Below the pieces are notes generated by a model. That model was not told the origin of the DNA, made no database searches, and worked only from the letters and a program-made list of their open reading frames with translations. A DNA stretch of 9,724 bases from Azolla caroliniana. Lineage: Eukaryota; Plantae; Polypodiophyta. The position numbers and the translations under genes were made by a program. Within the stretch, counting starts at the first letter, position 1; every line of letters begins with the position of its first letter. Below, piece after piece: positions 1 through 9,262 of the stretch. The DNA lies in NCBI GenBank assembly GCA_043228905.1, contig JBHGNT010001339.1, positions 1 through 9,724 on the forward strand. Direction: 5' to 3'.

Positions 1-327
1 AATGCATGTGCTTGTGCTTGAGCTTGTGCAACTCTGCAATCGCAACAAATCTGCTCTACAATATGTACAATAGGAATTGCAACAAAACCAAGAAGTTGGC
101 GATCATCATCTTCAACACCACCTACATCACCCATTGTCATATTTGCATGTATTGGAGGATGTATTTCAACACCCTGCACAGTGTCCATAAGCCTTTTACC
201 ATCAATACATGCCTCATCATATACGCCCACAATGGATAGTTGGGCCCATTCAGTTTACCTCAATAACCAACATCCAGAATACATGATTATTCTCAGCCAT
301 TGCAAGTGACCAAGTGATCAAATAACC

Positions 328-393
328 CAGTATAGCTTAATGGTGGAGTTGACTGCAACTGGACTGGTCACTAGTTTGAACCCAGTCACACTG
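328..393 (+). pseudogene. Degenerate tRNA-Cys(GCA)-like sequence (tRNA pseudogene or SINE head)
   Basis: ATAGCTTAATGGTGGAG (A-box-like), TTGACTGCA (Cys anticodon arm 5' half), GGTCACTAGTTTGAACCCAGT (T-arm/B-box-like) occur in tRNA order and spacing. Compared from memory with plant tRNA-Cys. The anticodon stem no longer pairs. Confidence 0.6.
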
Positions 394-454
394 TACTGCG
401 GTGAATAAAATATGCTGTATTTACTTTGAAATTACAAAACAGATGAATGTCAAA

Positions 455-659
455 GAAACCGGAAGAAGAGGGCAACAACCTGCTCTAATTCCAATTGTCG
501 GATTCTGTCTCTAAGTGGGAGAGAGTACATCAAAAATAGAAGATGTTGATGACACCGAAAGAAGAGGGAAACAAGATGCTCTAATACCAATTGTTGTATT
601 ACGTGTCTGAAGAAGCACACAAGCAGCTGAAAGTGGGAGAGTATATCAAAACTAGAAGA
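455..659. repeat. Degenerate two-copy tandem duplication (455-543 and 551-659)
   Basis: Shared blocks AAGAAGAGGG, TGCTCTAAT, CCAATTGT, AAGTGGGAGAG and TAGAAGA in the same order; copy 2 has a roughly 20-bp insertion. Confidence 0.85.
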
Positions 660-926
660 GCACGTAAGTGTCTTGTTCATCAGGGTTATACTTTTTGGCT
701 ATAGTAAAAGACTCCTAAAGTGGTAAAAAAGCCCTAGCTATCATAAGCGTGTTCACACATCACTATCACAATATATTAACAGGGTATATGAAAACGAAAA
801 CTGTATAGAAAATGAGCATGGTAGTTTTAGGAAGCATTTGAACCATGAAGGATGATCTCTCTTACAAAAAACATAAGTGCGAATTTAGTTTTGATATGCA
901 AATTTTCACAGGAATAACAAACACAC

Positions 927-1056
927 CTGTTCATCTCTTGCCAATGCCAAATTGGTAAGGTGGCCTCCTTGTTGACATGAAAATGTAGATTGAGATACAT
1001 TGCTCGCCCTCCTATCCCAAACATATATCTCCCCATGCTTTCCACATGCAATAACT
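927..1056 (-). CDS. WD40 gene exon with WDxR motif (VIACGKHGEIYVWDRR...LARDEQ)
   Basis: Acceptor ttttgtgtatgaag|, donor CAG|GTGTGT, 130 nt, phase 2 to 0. Contains GEIYVWDRR. Confidence 0.88.
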
Positions 1057-1152
1057 CTTCATACACAAAAGCATGTCCATTGTATTAATATATTCCAAAA
1101 ATAAGCTACATTCAATATGAGTTAACTCTACAAAGTGGCATAGTTTGAACAC

Positions 1153-1238
1153 CTGTTTTCATGAAGCTTAGAGAAAGTAACATCAAGTAAACCAGTAGAT
1201 TCCATACTCTTTGCAACAGTAGATTTTACCTTCAACAC
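1153..1238 (-). CDS. WD40 gene exon (VLKVKSTVAKSMESTGLLDVTFSKLHEN-R)
   Basis: Acceptor ggtttcag|, donor CAG|GTGTTC, 86 nt, phase 0 to 2, followed by a 96-nt intron. Confidence 0.85.
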
Positions 1239-2199
1239 CTGAAACCATTTCAAAATTTCTTGAAAATAGATCATTAACTCTAGAAATGCTTTTAAAGAAT
1301 GTTTGCGGATACTGGCACCTTATCTAGAATAATTCAATGAACATTACTTAGTATTCTCCTTGCACAGACTTATTTCAATCCACAAACATCATGGGCAGTA
1401 ATCTCAGAAAATTGTGAAACTTGTGCCTGATCATTTATAGCAACCAGTCTACTCAGAGCATAATCGGTACAATAAAATCATAAATGCAAAAAAGCTATTA
1501 CATGCGCATATTTACAGTGTTCAACGTCTAGAAATTTCTGAGCACATGGAGCCATGATAAATGAACAGATTAGAAAAGTAAATATGAAGACCATCTGGAA
1601 TTGCATCATGTATGCAATGGCTGAGAGAATGAGCTTCACAGTTCACCAGCATAAGCATCTAGAGGTATGCAAGCATTAGGAAATTTTTCATTGATCATTC
1701 ATCAGCGTCTAACCATCTCAGTCAGTGGCAAGGATGTCAATGAACACTCTTCATGTACTCATGTAGGTGGGAGAGGAGACTGCAGATAATTCTATTACCG
1801 ACAGCAAAAAGACATCACCAGGAATCCTTCCCACACAGTTAGTCTGGGACATGTCTTGCATAATCAACATTCCAGTGCAGTAAATCATCTCTTTACGTTA
1901 GACTCCCTTTTATAAAACATCATTTCCTGCAGCTTAGCTAGCCAAGAGTAACCCATTTATAATCAAACTCCACTCTTCGCATGCTTGCTGTATTTCCTGG
2001 AATTCTTTCCATGAAACCAAGTGAAGTGTATTAGTTGGATCATTTTTAATAATGTTTTGTACTGGTATGGAAATGGATGCTGAGATGCAAAAAGGTCTTT
2101 AACCAGCAAGTAAGGTCCATTGGATTGTAAGCAAATTCTGATATATATTAATTACATATTTAAAAGGCTAGAGGACCAGAATAATGTACACCACATTCT

Positions 2200-2219
2200 G
2201 AGAGAGAGAGAGAGAGAGA
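2200..2219. repeat. (GA)10 microsatellite
   Basis: Perfect dinucleotide run inside an intron. Confidence 0.95.
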
Positions 2220-2369
2220 AAGAGGAATCCAATGAAACCTCCCACGATGTACCATAGAACATAATTATTGGAGATTCTGTTTTTATATTATTTTATTTTG
2301 AGATTGGTGGCTTCAATTATGAAAGTGTACAGTATAAACATGATACTACAGACTGGCCTGAAGCCTTTG

Positions 2370-2488
2370 AATCCCCAATCTTGGTTTGTATAAGAAAAGA
2401 GGCCTTGATCACTAGGCCATTGTAGAGTGCAGAATTAAATCCCCAATCTTGGTATGTATAAGAAACAAGGCCTTGATCACTAGGTCAT
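2370..2488. repeat. 51-bp direct repeat, two copies (2370-2420 and 2438-2488)
   Basis: AATCCCCAATCTTGGT.TGTATAAGAAA..AGGCCTTGATCACTAGG.CAT; 4 mismatches, period 68 bp. Confidence 0.93.
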
Positions 2489-2665
2489 CTTCTCAGTCCA
2501 TTTTTAATTTGAAACAATCCACATATTTATTTGTGGAAGATAGTCTTCAAACAGATGGTGTATCCTTGAAGAAATTAAACACGCGAAAACAATCCTTCAA
2601 AAAATAATATCATTGAAATGAACTTTCATAGTACACCGATCTGGAAGATTTGATAGCATGCTCAC

Positions 2666-2740
2666 CTGTGAAGGAACATCAGTAACACAAGAGATATCAT
2701 ATACATAGACTTTGCCTCCCCATGTTGCAACGCATGCAAC
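2666..2740 (-). CDS. WD40 gene exon (VACVATWGGKVYVYDISCVTDVPSQ)
   Basis: Acceptor ctaatatag|, donor CAG|GTGAGC, 75 nt, phase 0 to 0. Completes the blade begun by WNPKNQDE. Confidence 0.88.
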
Positions 2741-4163
2741 CTATATTAGCAAAAGTACCACCAATAACACCTTTAGTATGGCATAATCATATTATCTTCA
2801 ATATCATATCACCAGTATGCTCTACTTTCAAACTACTAGGAAATATTTAGAGTCGTGCAGAAAAGTTTTCAAAACTGTCGAATAACATTTTTATATTATT
2901 AAGAAATAAAATATGACAACTCATCAGCCTTCTTCTACATAAAAACTATGGCTCAATCAGAGAAGCAAAGACCTCTCCATCTGCCTTCTCATTTTGAATA
3001 GAAAGAACTAGGAATCCTTGGAAGTACAAAAATCATGAAAACATGCACAATTGAGAAAACATGCTATGAAATATAGAACTACTTTGTTGTTAATAAAGAC
3101 TACTTTTCTATGCCAATGCGTTTCTCATCAATCCAGATTTCCCAAGGCATTTGTTAGCACCCATTGATGAAACTATCAAGCCCTAGGGCAAGAATAATTG
3201 TATCTAAGTGCAATTCTTCTAGGGTGTAGTTTCGTTCGTATCTGCTCTCCCCCTCTCTATACACATCTTTATTTGTTAATTTGAAAAATCGTTCATACTT
3301 TCCAGAACTCCAATGGAAAAACTTGAAACCATGAGTAGTTCCTTCTAACCCTGTCCCAACAGCCAAGAGTTACGCAATCATGTGTGTGACCTTTGACACG
3401 TAAATGTAAACAAAAAAACATAAGACTACATTTTGTCATCTCGAAAGAGGCATGGCCTATGATACTCAATAAAACTTATAGTGTGATTTCAGTGGGTATC
3501 TCATTCATACAAAGAAAAAAGCTCTCAGAGTACCAACGCATAGATGAAGTACAAATACAACTAGGAACTACCTTAGTTTAAGCAAGTCTACAACAATGAG
3601 TTTTTAGATAAGAGGTACATGTCATGGCACTTTGTCTGCAGTTCACACTGGCTTGGAATCCTGACTCCTAAATCAAGTTCATTATTCCAGAGAGTTTAGG
3701 TATGAAAAAAATGAGGTCATGTACCTAGCTTGCTGATGGTAATATTCATTGGAGCATTACAGAGCTCACTTCAGCATTATCACCATTCATCATCTAACAC
3801 AAGTTATATTACAAATGAGCATTGGCCATCTTCTTGTCGAAGTAGCATAGATGCTGATTCTTATTTGTAAATCAACTAGTATTCCCAAGTTTCTAAGGTT
3901 GTGCGGGAATGACCAGACAGATCTAGCTTTGCTGATATGAAACTTTAATTGAAGCATTACTATAATCAAGCTCCATACAGCCTCATTCTTGAAATAGAAA
4001 TAGCTTGAGCCCACATCGGTTAACAATAGTGATGACAGAGCAGCTGGTCAAGAAAAAGATATATGTCTTTTAAGAGAACTAGGTTATCAGAGACAACAGC
4101 ACCAACATCTAATCAACATGCACCAGACAAGGTATTCGACATACAGATTCCCTCGGTCATCTT

Positions 4164-4400
4164 TGTTGGAGGGTGGCAGCTCCAGACCTGCACTTTCATC
4201 TTTATTATCTCTGTTCCAAATTCTCTCTCTTCCTAGATTATTTTCTGTTGCTACTTAAAAACAAGCTCTACTCTTTGGCTGTGTCTCTACTCTTTGCAAC
4301 CATTTTTTCTACTGCTGTCTAACAGCCTTCTCACAGCTTGGCTGTGTCTATTTTGTTCCAACAACTGTTCCGCTGCTGCTATTAACAGCTTTTTCTCACA
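4164..4400 (+). repeat. 5' LTR (237 bp)
   Basis: TGTTGGAGGG...TTCTCACA. Direct repeat of 5003-5238, with 6 substitutions and 4 small indels by manual alignment. Confidence 0.97.
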
Positions 4401-4412
4401 TGGTATCAGAGC
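4401..4412 (+). promoter_or_regulatory. Primer-binding site (initiator tRNA-Met)
   Basis: TGGTATCAGAGC immediately after the 5' LTR; this is the standard plant tRNA-iMet PBS. Confidence 0.95.
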
Positions 4413-4500
4413 AGTGAAGTCTCCATATCCTCGGTCTGATTTTTTTGCCAAAGAGCACACAAACCTATCTTCTTTTATCCCTCCCTCCCAACCCTATAGA

Positions 4501-4995
4501 GGAGGTCTGTCTTTTGGAGACGGCATTGAGCTTGTTGGCTACTCAGATGCTGATTGGGCAGGTGATATTGATTCTAGAAGGTCCACATCTGGCTATTGTT
4601 TCATGTTAAGTTCAAGCTTGATTTCTTGGAAATCGAAAAGGCAAAACTCAGTTTCTACTTCATCGACGGAAGCTGAATATCGCGCCAACTTGGATACTTG
4701 TTGTGAGTTGCTATGGTTAATGCAATGGTTTTTTGCAAGACTCTCTCCTATTGCAGTTTTCACCGACAGCCAAAGTACCCATGCCTTGGCACATAGCTCA
4801 ACATTTCATGGTAGAACAAAACATGTCGAAGCGCACTACCATTTTGTTCGTAAATTGGTGAAATCGCAAGTCATTAATTTGGCATATTGCCCTACTCAAG
4901 AAAATGTGGCTAATTTATTTACTAAGCCACTTCCAAGGGAAGCCATTCATCAGCTCCTCAGTCGACTCAATGTTGGACCGCCGTTCTGGAGCTGA
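4501..4995 (+). pseudogene. Ty1/copia pol C-terminal remnant: RNase H domain only
   Basis: [54 protein letters not shown] and FTKPL are copia RNase H motifs. The frame is open but there is no ATG ahead of the domain. The usual AD.FTK aspartate reads N (AAT, 4912-4914). Confidence 0.92.
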
Positions 4996-5002
4996 GAGAA
5001 GG
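4994..5002 (+). promoter_or_regulatory. Polypurine tract
   Basis: GAGAGAAGG directly abutting the TG of the 3' LTR. Confidence 0.85.
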
Positions 5003-5238
5003 TGTTGGAGGGTGGCAGCCAGACCTGCACTCTCTTTCATCTTTATTATCTCTGTTCTAAATTCTCTCTTCCTAGATTATTTTCTGTTGCTACTTAAAAA
5101 CAACCTCTACTCTTTGGCTGTGTCTCTACTCTTTGCAACCATTTTTGCTACTGCTGTCTCACAGCCTTCTCACAGCTTGGCTGTGTCTATTTTGTTCTAA
5201 CAACTGTTCCGCTGCTGCTATTAACTGCTTTTCTCACA
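5003..5238 (+). repeat. 3' LTR (236 bp)
   Basis: TGTTGGAGGG...TTCTCACA followed by the ATCTT duplication. Confidence 0.97.
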
Positions 5239-5915
5239 ATCTTTTTCGAGTTGAAAAACAGCAAGCACATTACTTTTTACATCATCACGGGGCTTTCACC
5301 CCTCTTTGGATTTTCCCACAGAATTAGACGATAGAAGAAGTATATGTTAACGGGAACCAATGGAATAAGTTTGTCATTTACTTAGAGACAACTTGTAGAA
5401 AACAAGTGTATCACTACAGCAACAAAGTCTTCCAAAGGACTACAGAAAACCATGCAGTGTAAACATATATCTATATCCATATATAAGTTCATAAACATGA
5501 TATTTAAACAAAACAGAGTTATTAAACATGCATCTTCATGAAACTGACTTTTATATAACCCAACAAAAAATAAACCATGTGAACATTTAGCACATTCAAA
5601 TCTCTAGCTTGCTTTTTCTATTCTTAGAACATACTTTTTGACATGGTAAATGTACAAGAAGATTTCCGGAGAGAAATTCTATAGGAAAACCACCCAGACT
5701 ATGACAGAACCAAATAATTGAGAAATAAATAACTTGAAGAAAAATACGCTTTATTATAAGATACACTTTTTGGCAAAGTAAAGTAGCTGAAGGTTGGAGA
5801 TGAAAGCAACTTTATGGGAACAGATTATGAGAGAATAGGAAAGCAAGAAAGAATTGTGGTGTTTTCACACCAAGCTACATGGAGCACGATATGTGAAGAA
5901 GCAAGAATAATCTAC

Positions 5916-6007
5916 CTCATCCTGATTTTTGGGATTCCAACTCACAGCCTCCAGTTTTCGGCACAATGACAACTGCATCACAGGCATCGTTGTGTCCTTA
6001 ATTGAAC
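5916..6007 (-). CDS. WD40 gene exon (GSIKDTTMPVMQLSLCRKLEAVSWNPKNQDE)
   Basis: Acceptor ccaccag|, donor GAG|GTAGAT, 92 nt, phase 1 to 0. AVSWNP is a WD40 signature strand. Confidence 0.88.
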
Positions 6008-6133
6008 CTGGTGGCATGAGGATAACAGGAATAAAACTTCACTTTTGCAAGCTATAAATGGCAATACATAATTGGAATGACTAGGGCCATCATAGTAGAA
6101 TTTTGAACATTTTTAAGATAAACAGTAGCAAAC

Positions 6134-6212
6134 CTTGAGCATGATAATACAATGATTCAAAGTCATGAATAGCAAGAGAACCAGTGCTGTTGACTGATGC
6201 CAAATATACACC
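6134..6212 (-). CDS. WD40 gene exon (GVYLASVNSTGSLAIHDFESLYYHAQ)
   Basis: Acceptor cattccag|, donor AAG|GTTTGC, 79 nt, phase 0 to 1. WD40-like YLAS...G.L.IHD pattern. Confidence 0.88.
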
Positions 6213-6497
6213 CTGGAATGAATTGCCAGGCATATCAGAAACTGATATTAATCCAAGACCATATTGCCCTAAACTTCAATTAATGTGATGCCGTTGGAGT
6301 CCATCTCGTAAATCACTGATTGACTTAAAAAAAGAAGTCCCAGAATACAATCTAACAGGCTTCAATCCAATAACGAATAATACCGTTCGATATTATGTCT
6401 GACTATGAAGACACATTAAAAAAGTTCATCACGAACATCTATTAGAATTATGCGATTTGATTGGCCACAAATTTACCAGTATACATATAATACACAC

Positions 6498-6531
6498 CTT
6501 TGAGTCAAACTCAAGCCCAGTTATGTGAGGC
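6498..6531 (-). CDS. WD40 gene, 34-nt exon ((R)PHITGLEFDSK)
   Basis: Acceptor gttttgcag|, donor AAG|GTGTGT. ITGLEFDSK joins GVYLAS to form a typical WD40 strand-turn-strand. An in-frame alternative AG lies 15 nt upstream (start 6546). Confidence 0.8.
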
Positions 6532-8028
6532 CTGCAAAACAGATATCTGCAATTAATTTCCTGTCTATTCTTTTGTGAATCATATAGTTTCTATTGCTAT
6601 AGATTACCGCTGTCACCTTTCGAGGTGATAATAATCCAAATGCCAGAATATTCCCTTGTCTAGGTCAATCATAACTATGTAATGAAATGCTGTAAAGCAA
6701 ATCTAATAGTGCAGCTTCATAATTACTATAAACTTGGCCAAATAAGGAGTATATAACCTTGCTATTAAGAAGTATATTAGATCTGCAAGTTCAATATCCA
6801 ATCTAAATATTCAAATTTGGGGTTGCATGGGTTGAAATTTTTTGTGTTTTGCAGATATGTAGTGAAAGGTAATGCCCCATTTTCTCTGTCTCTCATATCC
6901 ACAAGCCTTGTTTCCTACATAATCCAGATAATGGTACTCTGTGCCATGTTTATAATGTCAAATATCTCCTCCCCATTGTTATCCTATTGAGGCTTGCAAT
7001 AAGATTAAATGAGAGGCCTCTGACATTAATGTCATCAATATTGTTACTTAACCAGGCACAGAAATCACGTGTTAGATATGCTTTACTATTCTTTCTTTCA
7101 ACGTGGATATCTTGGCTGCAATATCACCCAACCGCTTCACTCCTTTTCGCTGATCATTTCAACAAAGTTGAGTTCTCCTCGAATATTAGAGGTGTAATTA
7201 GAGGCCAGGGGAGTAGACATAGTTCTCCCACACAAAAGTTCATTACTAAGTAGAGGGAATGCAAGACAATGCTAGAAATTAGACTGAAATTCAAGAGGAA
7301 TGCTGCATCTTCTGATATCCATACACCATTTTTTGCTTGCAGACAGTATTAAATATGCAATCAAATACAGTGTTATACCAGAAGTCACAACCTATACCTT
7401 CTATTCAACCATACTTTAAAGTAACTGCACAATATTTTTTGCTAACAATAGAAGTTTGCATTGTTGAATTGCCCAAGACATGTCCAACTATACAATCAAA
7501 TAGAATTCTAAACCGGAAGATGCAACCTGCATTTTTTCTTAAATATGCATCATCTAGAATCACTTTTGTTACAAGTGTTTGAGTCAAGAATAAATTCTAT
7601 GCATCTGCGCCAACGTTGCATTCGCTACATGGTATTTATTACATGTTCACATGTTGTTTCCAAGTTCTTAATAATGTGTTTTCCCAAGATATTAGATTTA
7701 TGTAGGCTCCATACAACTTTGATCGCTTGTTGTATAAGGCCACTCTCCTAAAGCCTGCCTTAATTCAATCATATACAAATGAACAACTTTTAAGGCTAGT
7801 CAAATAATTGAGTTGGCACATGCACTTGCATTATGCCTGTGCATTACTTGTTTGAAATGCCATACCCAAAAAGAATAGGCGTCCAATTTAACCATCACAA
7901 AGAAGAACATCATACAATGCATAAAGAGCCATTCGATGGCCAAGCAGATTGTAATTTAACTCAATTTCATTTTTCAGCACCCCGTAACTCATGTTAAGTC
8001 TATTACATTTGAGGTTGCAAGTAACAAC

Positions 8029-8129
8029 CTTGAGATGTGTGACATGGCAAAGAAATCCCTTTCAATTTGACTGGGATGATGTAGATATGCACTAAGACCT
8101 TGATCCGAGTGGGTAGACTGCATATGTTG
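8029..8129 (-). CDS. Candidate internal exon (QHMQSTHSDQGLSAYLHHPSQIERDFFAMSHIS-R)
   Basis: Acceptor ttgtatttttctctggcag|, donor AG|GTTGTT, 101 nt, stop-free, phase 0 to 2. This bridges exon 1 (phase 0) to the 34-nt exon (phase 2). Other exon combinations could also bridge the gap. Confidence 0.45.
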
Positions 8130-9110
8130 CTGCCAGAGAAAAATACAATTTTTTAACACCGAAAATTGGCTTCATTCAAATCTAGTGAGCTATGATGAAA
8201 ATATATGTCCAGAGGAGCACTAGATGCAATGAGTTCTACATCCCTTTGTATGTTCACCAAAGCATTAGTATGTATTGAAATACTGCTTTACATAAGTTAC
8301 TCCATTTAATATGCCAAATAGACAAAAGAGACCTCCAAGTCAAATTCTGTGCAGTGGGATGAGAAAAGAACAAAATCTAGACATTGAAACAAGAAAACGT
8401 GTTAATGATTTAGTACCGTATTGGGGTAGAAGTTTTGATCTACTTGTGAGAACTTCCCTATCTGCAAATGATTCAAAGCAATGTTTGAAAACAAAAAAAC
8501 TCGGTTTAGCATAATTTGCACAACAATATTTGGAAATGGCCACTAAATATTCAAATTGAAGGTAGAAGATGACTCCAATTTTGCAGATATCTAAGAATAA
8601 ATACTTTCAAAAACTTTAGGCCTCTTCAGTATAAAAAATCTTCAAATTCTTCACATGTCATAAGGCTAAAAAACTGATTTTTTAATATGCATGTTAATTA
8701 TAATTCCAACAGATTTAGTCAATGTTTTATTGGTGACAAAAACTCCAAAGTCATAGACAATTTCAAATATGGAGACATATCTGCTTAGCAATAAAACTTA
8801 GATGATGGTTCACCATTGAAAGAGAAATGTAAGGTCCTAAAAAACTTCAACTATGGGGATATATCCATTAGAGACAAATTTTAGATGACAACATGTGGTT
8901 CAAAGAGAAATCCAGAGTTATAAAACGTTCAAACATTGAGATGTGTCTGTTAAAGAATGAATTCAACAAATTCTAATGAAGCTCACCAGTAAAACTAATA
9001 TAATCTTTTTCGAGACATCGAATTTGTGAGTGTAGATGCAGAAAAAATATTGCAGTGACGAAACAACATCATTAAATCTTAAATGGCGGGGGAAACTAAA
9101 AGTTAATTTT

Positions 9111-9262
9111 AAGATTTAAATGGAAAGCAAAAGAAAATACCTCAGAGAAGTATTGAAGCATAAGTGCAGAAAATCTTATGACCGCAGTGGAAATTTAAAA
9201 CCTATTGTCAAGCTTAAAATGGAACGAAGGAGAAAAATACCTCGGAAAAGGATCGAAGCATA
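9111..9262. repeat. Diverged duplication of the exon-1/intron-1 junction (9111-9162 vs 9210-9262)
   Basis: Minus strand TATGCTTCGATCCTTTTCCGAG|GTATTTT vs TATGCTTCAATACTTCTCTGAG|GTATTTT, both followed by TTCCATTT. The two donors are exactly 100 bp apart. Confidence 0.8.

Larger units (their letters stand above)
4164..5238 (+). mobile_element. Miniature, internally deleted Ty1/copia LTR retrotransposon (1075 bp, non-autonomous)
   Basis: Two TGT...ACA LTRs, PBS TGGTATCAGAGC, a purine tract before the 3' LTR, a copia RNase H remnant, and a perfect 5-bp target-site duplication ATCTT at 4159-4163 and 5239-5243. Confidence 0.97.

Noticed and set aside
328-393. Functional tRNA-Cys gene
   Set aside because: The anticodon stem does not pair, bases are missing after the D-arm and the T-loop reads TTTGAAC; kept only as a relic.
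827-1066. 79-aa minus-strand ORF
   Set aside because: It overlaps the real exon 1056-927 in a different frame; the WD40 frame is the supported one.
2370-2488. Repeat-spacer-repeat layout as a CRISPR array
   Set aside because: Only two 51-bp copies with a 17-bp gap, in a eukaryotic intron with no cas genes.
3154-3366. 70-aa ORF, and WFQVFPLEFWK in another frame, faintly like LINE ORF1
   Set aside because: One short motif surrounded by stops; too weak to call without a profile search.
3790-4026. ORF containing VWSFPHNLRNLGILVDL, faintly like the LINE ORF2 GGLG motif
   Set aside because: The key glycines are missing and there are no supporting RT motifs.
4201-5047. AATAAA on the host-gene strand within each LTR (4201-4206 and 5042-5047) as a premature polyadenylation signal
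   Set aside because: The hexamer is common in AT-rich introns and is a weak predictor in plants; it needs 3'-end sequencing.
4904-5327. ORFs 4904-5200 and 5133-5327
   Set aside because: They are translations of the T-rich 3' LTR; the second simply mirrors the start of the 4294 ORF.
6987-8543. Short ORFs 6987-7253, 7337-7582, 7545-7751, 8311-8514 and 8340-8543
   Set aside because: Short, intronic and without recognisable motifs; consistent with chance.
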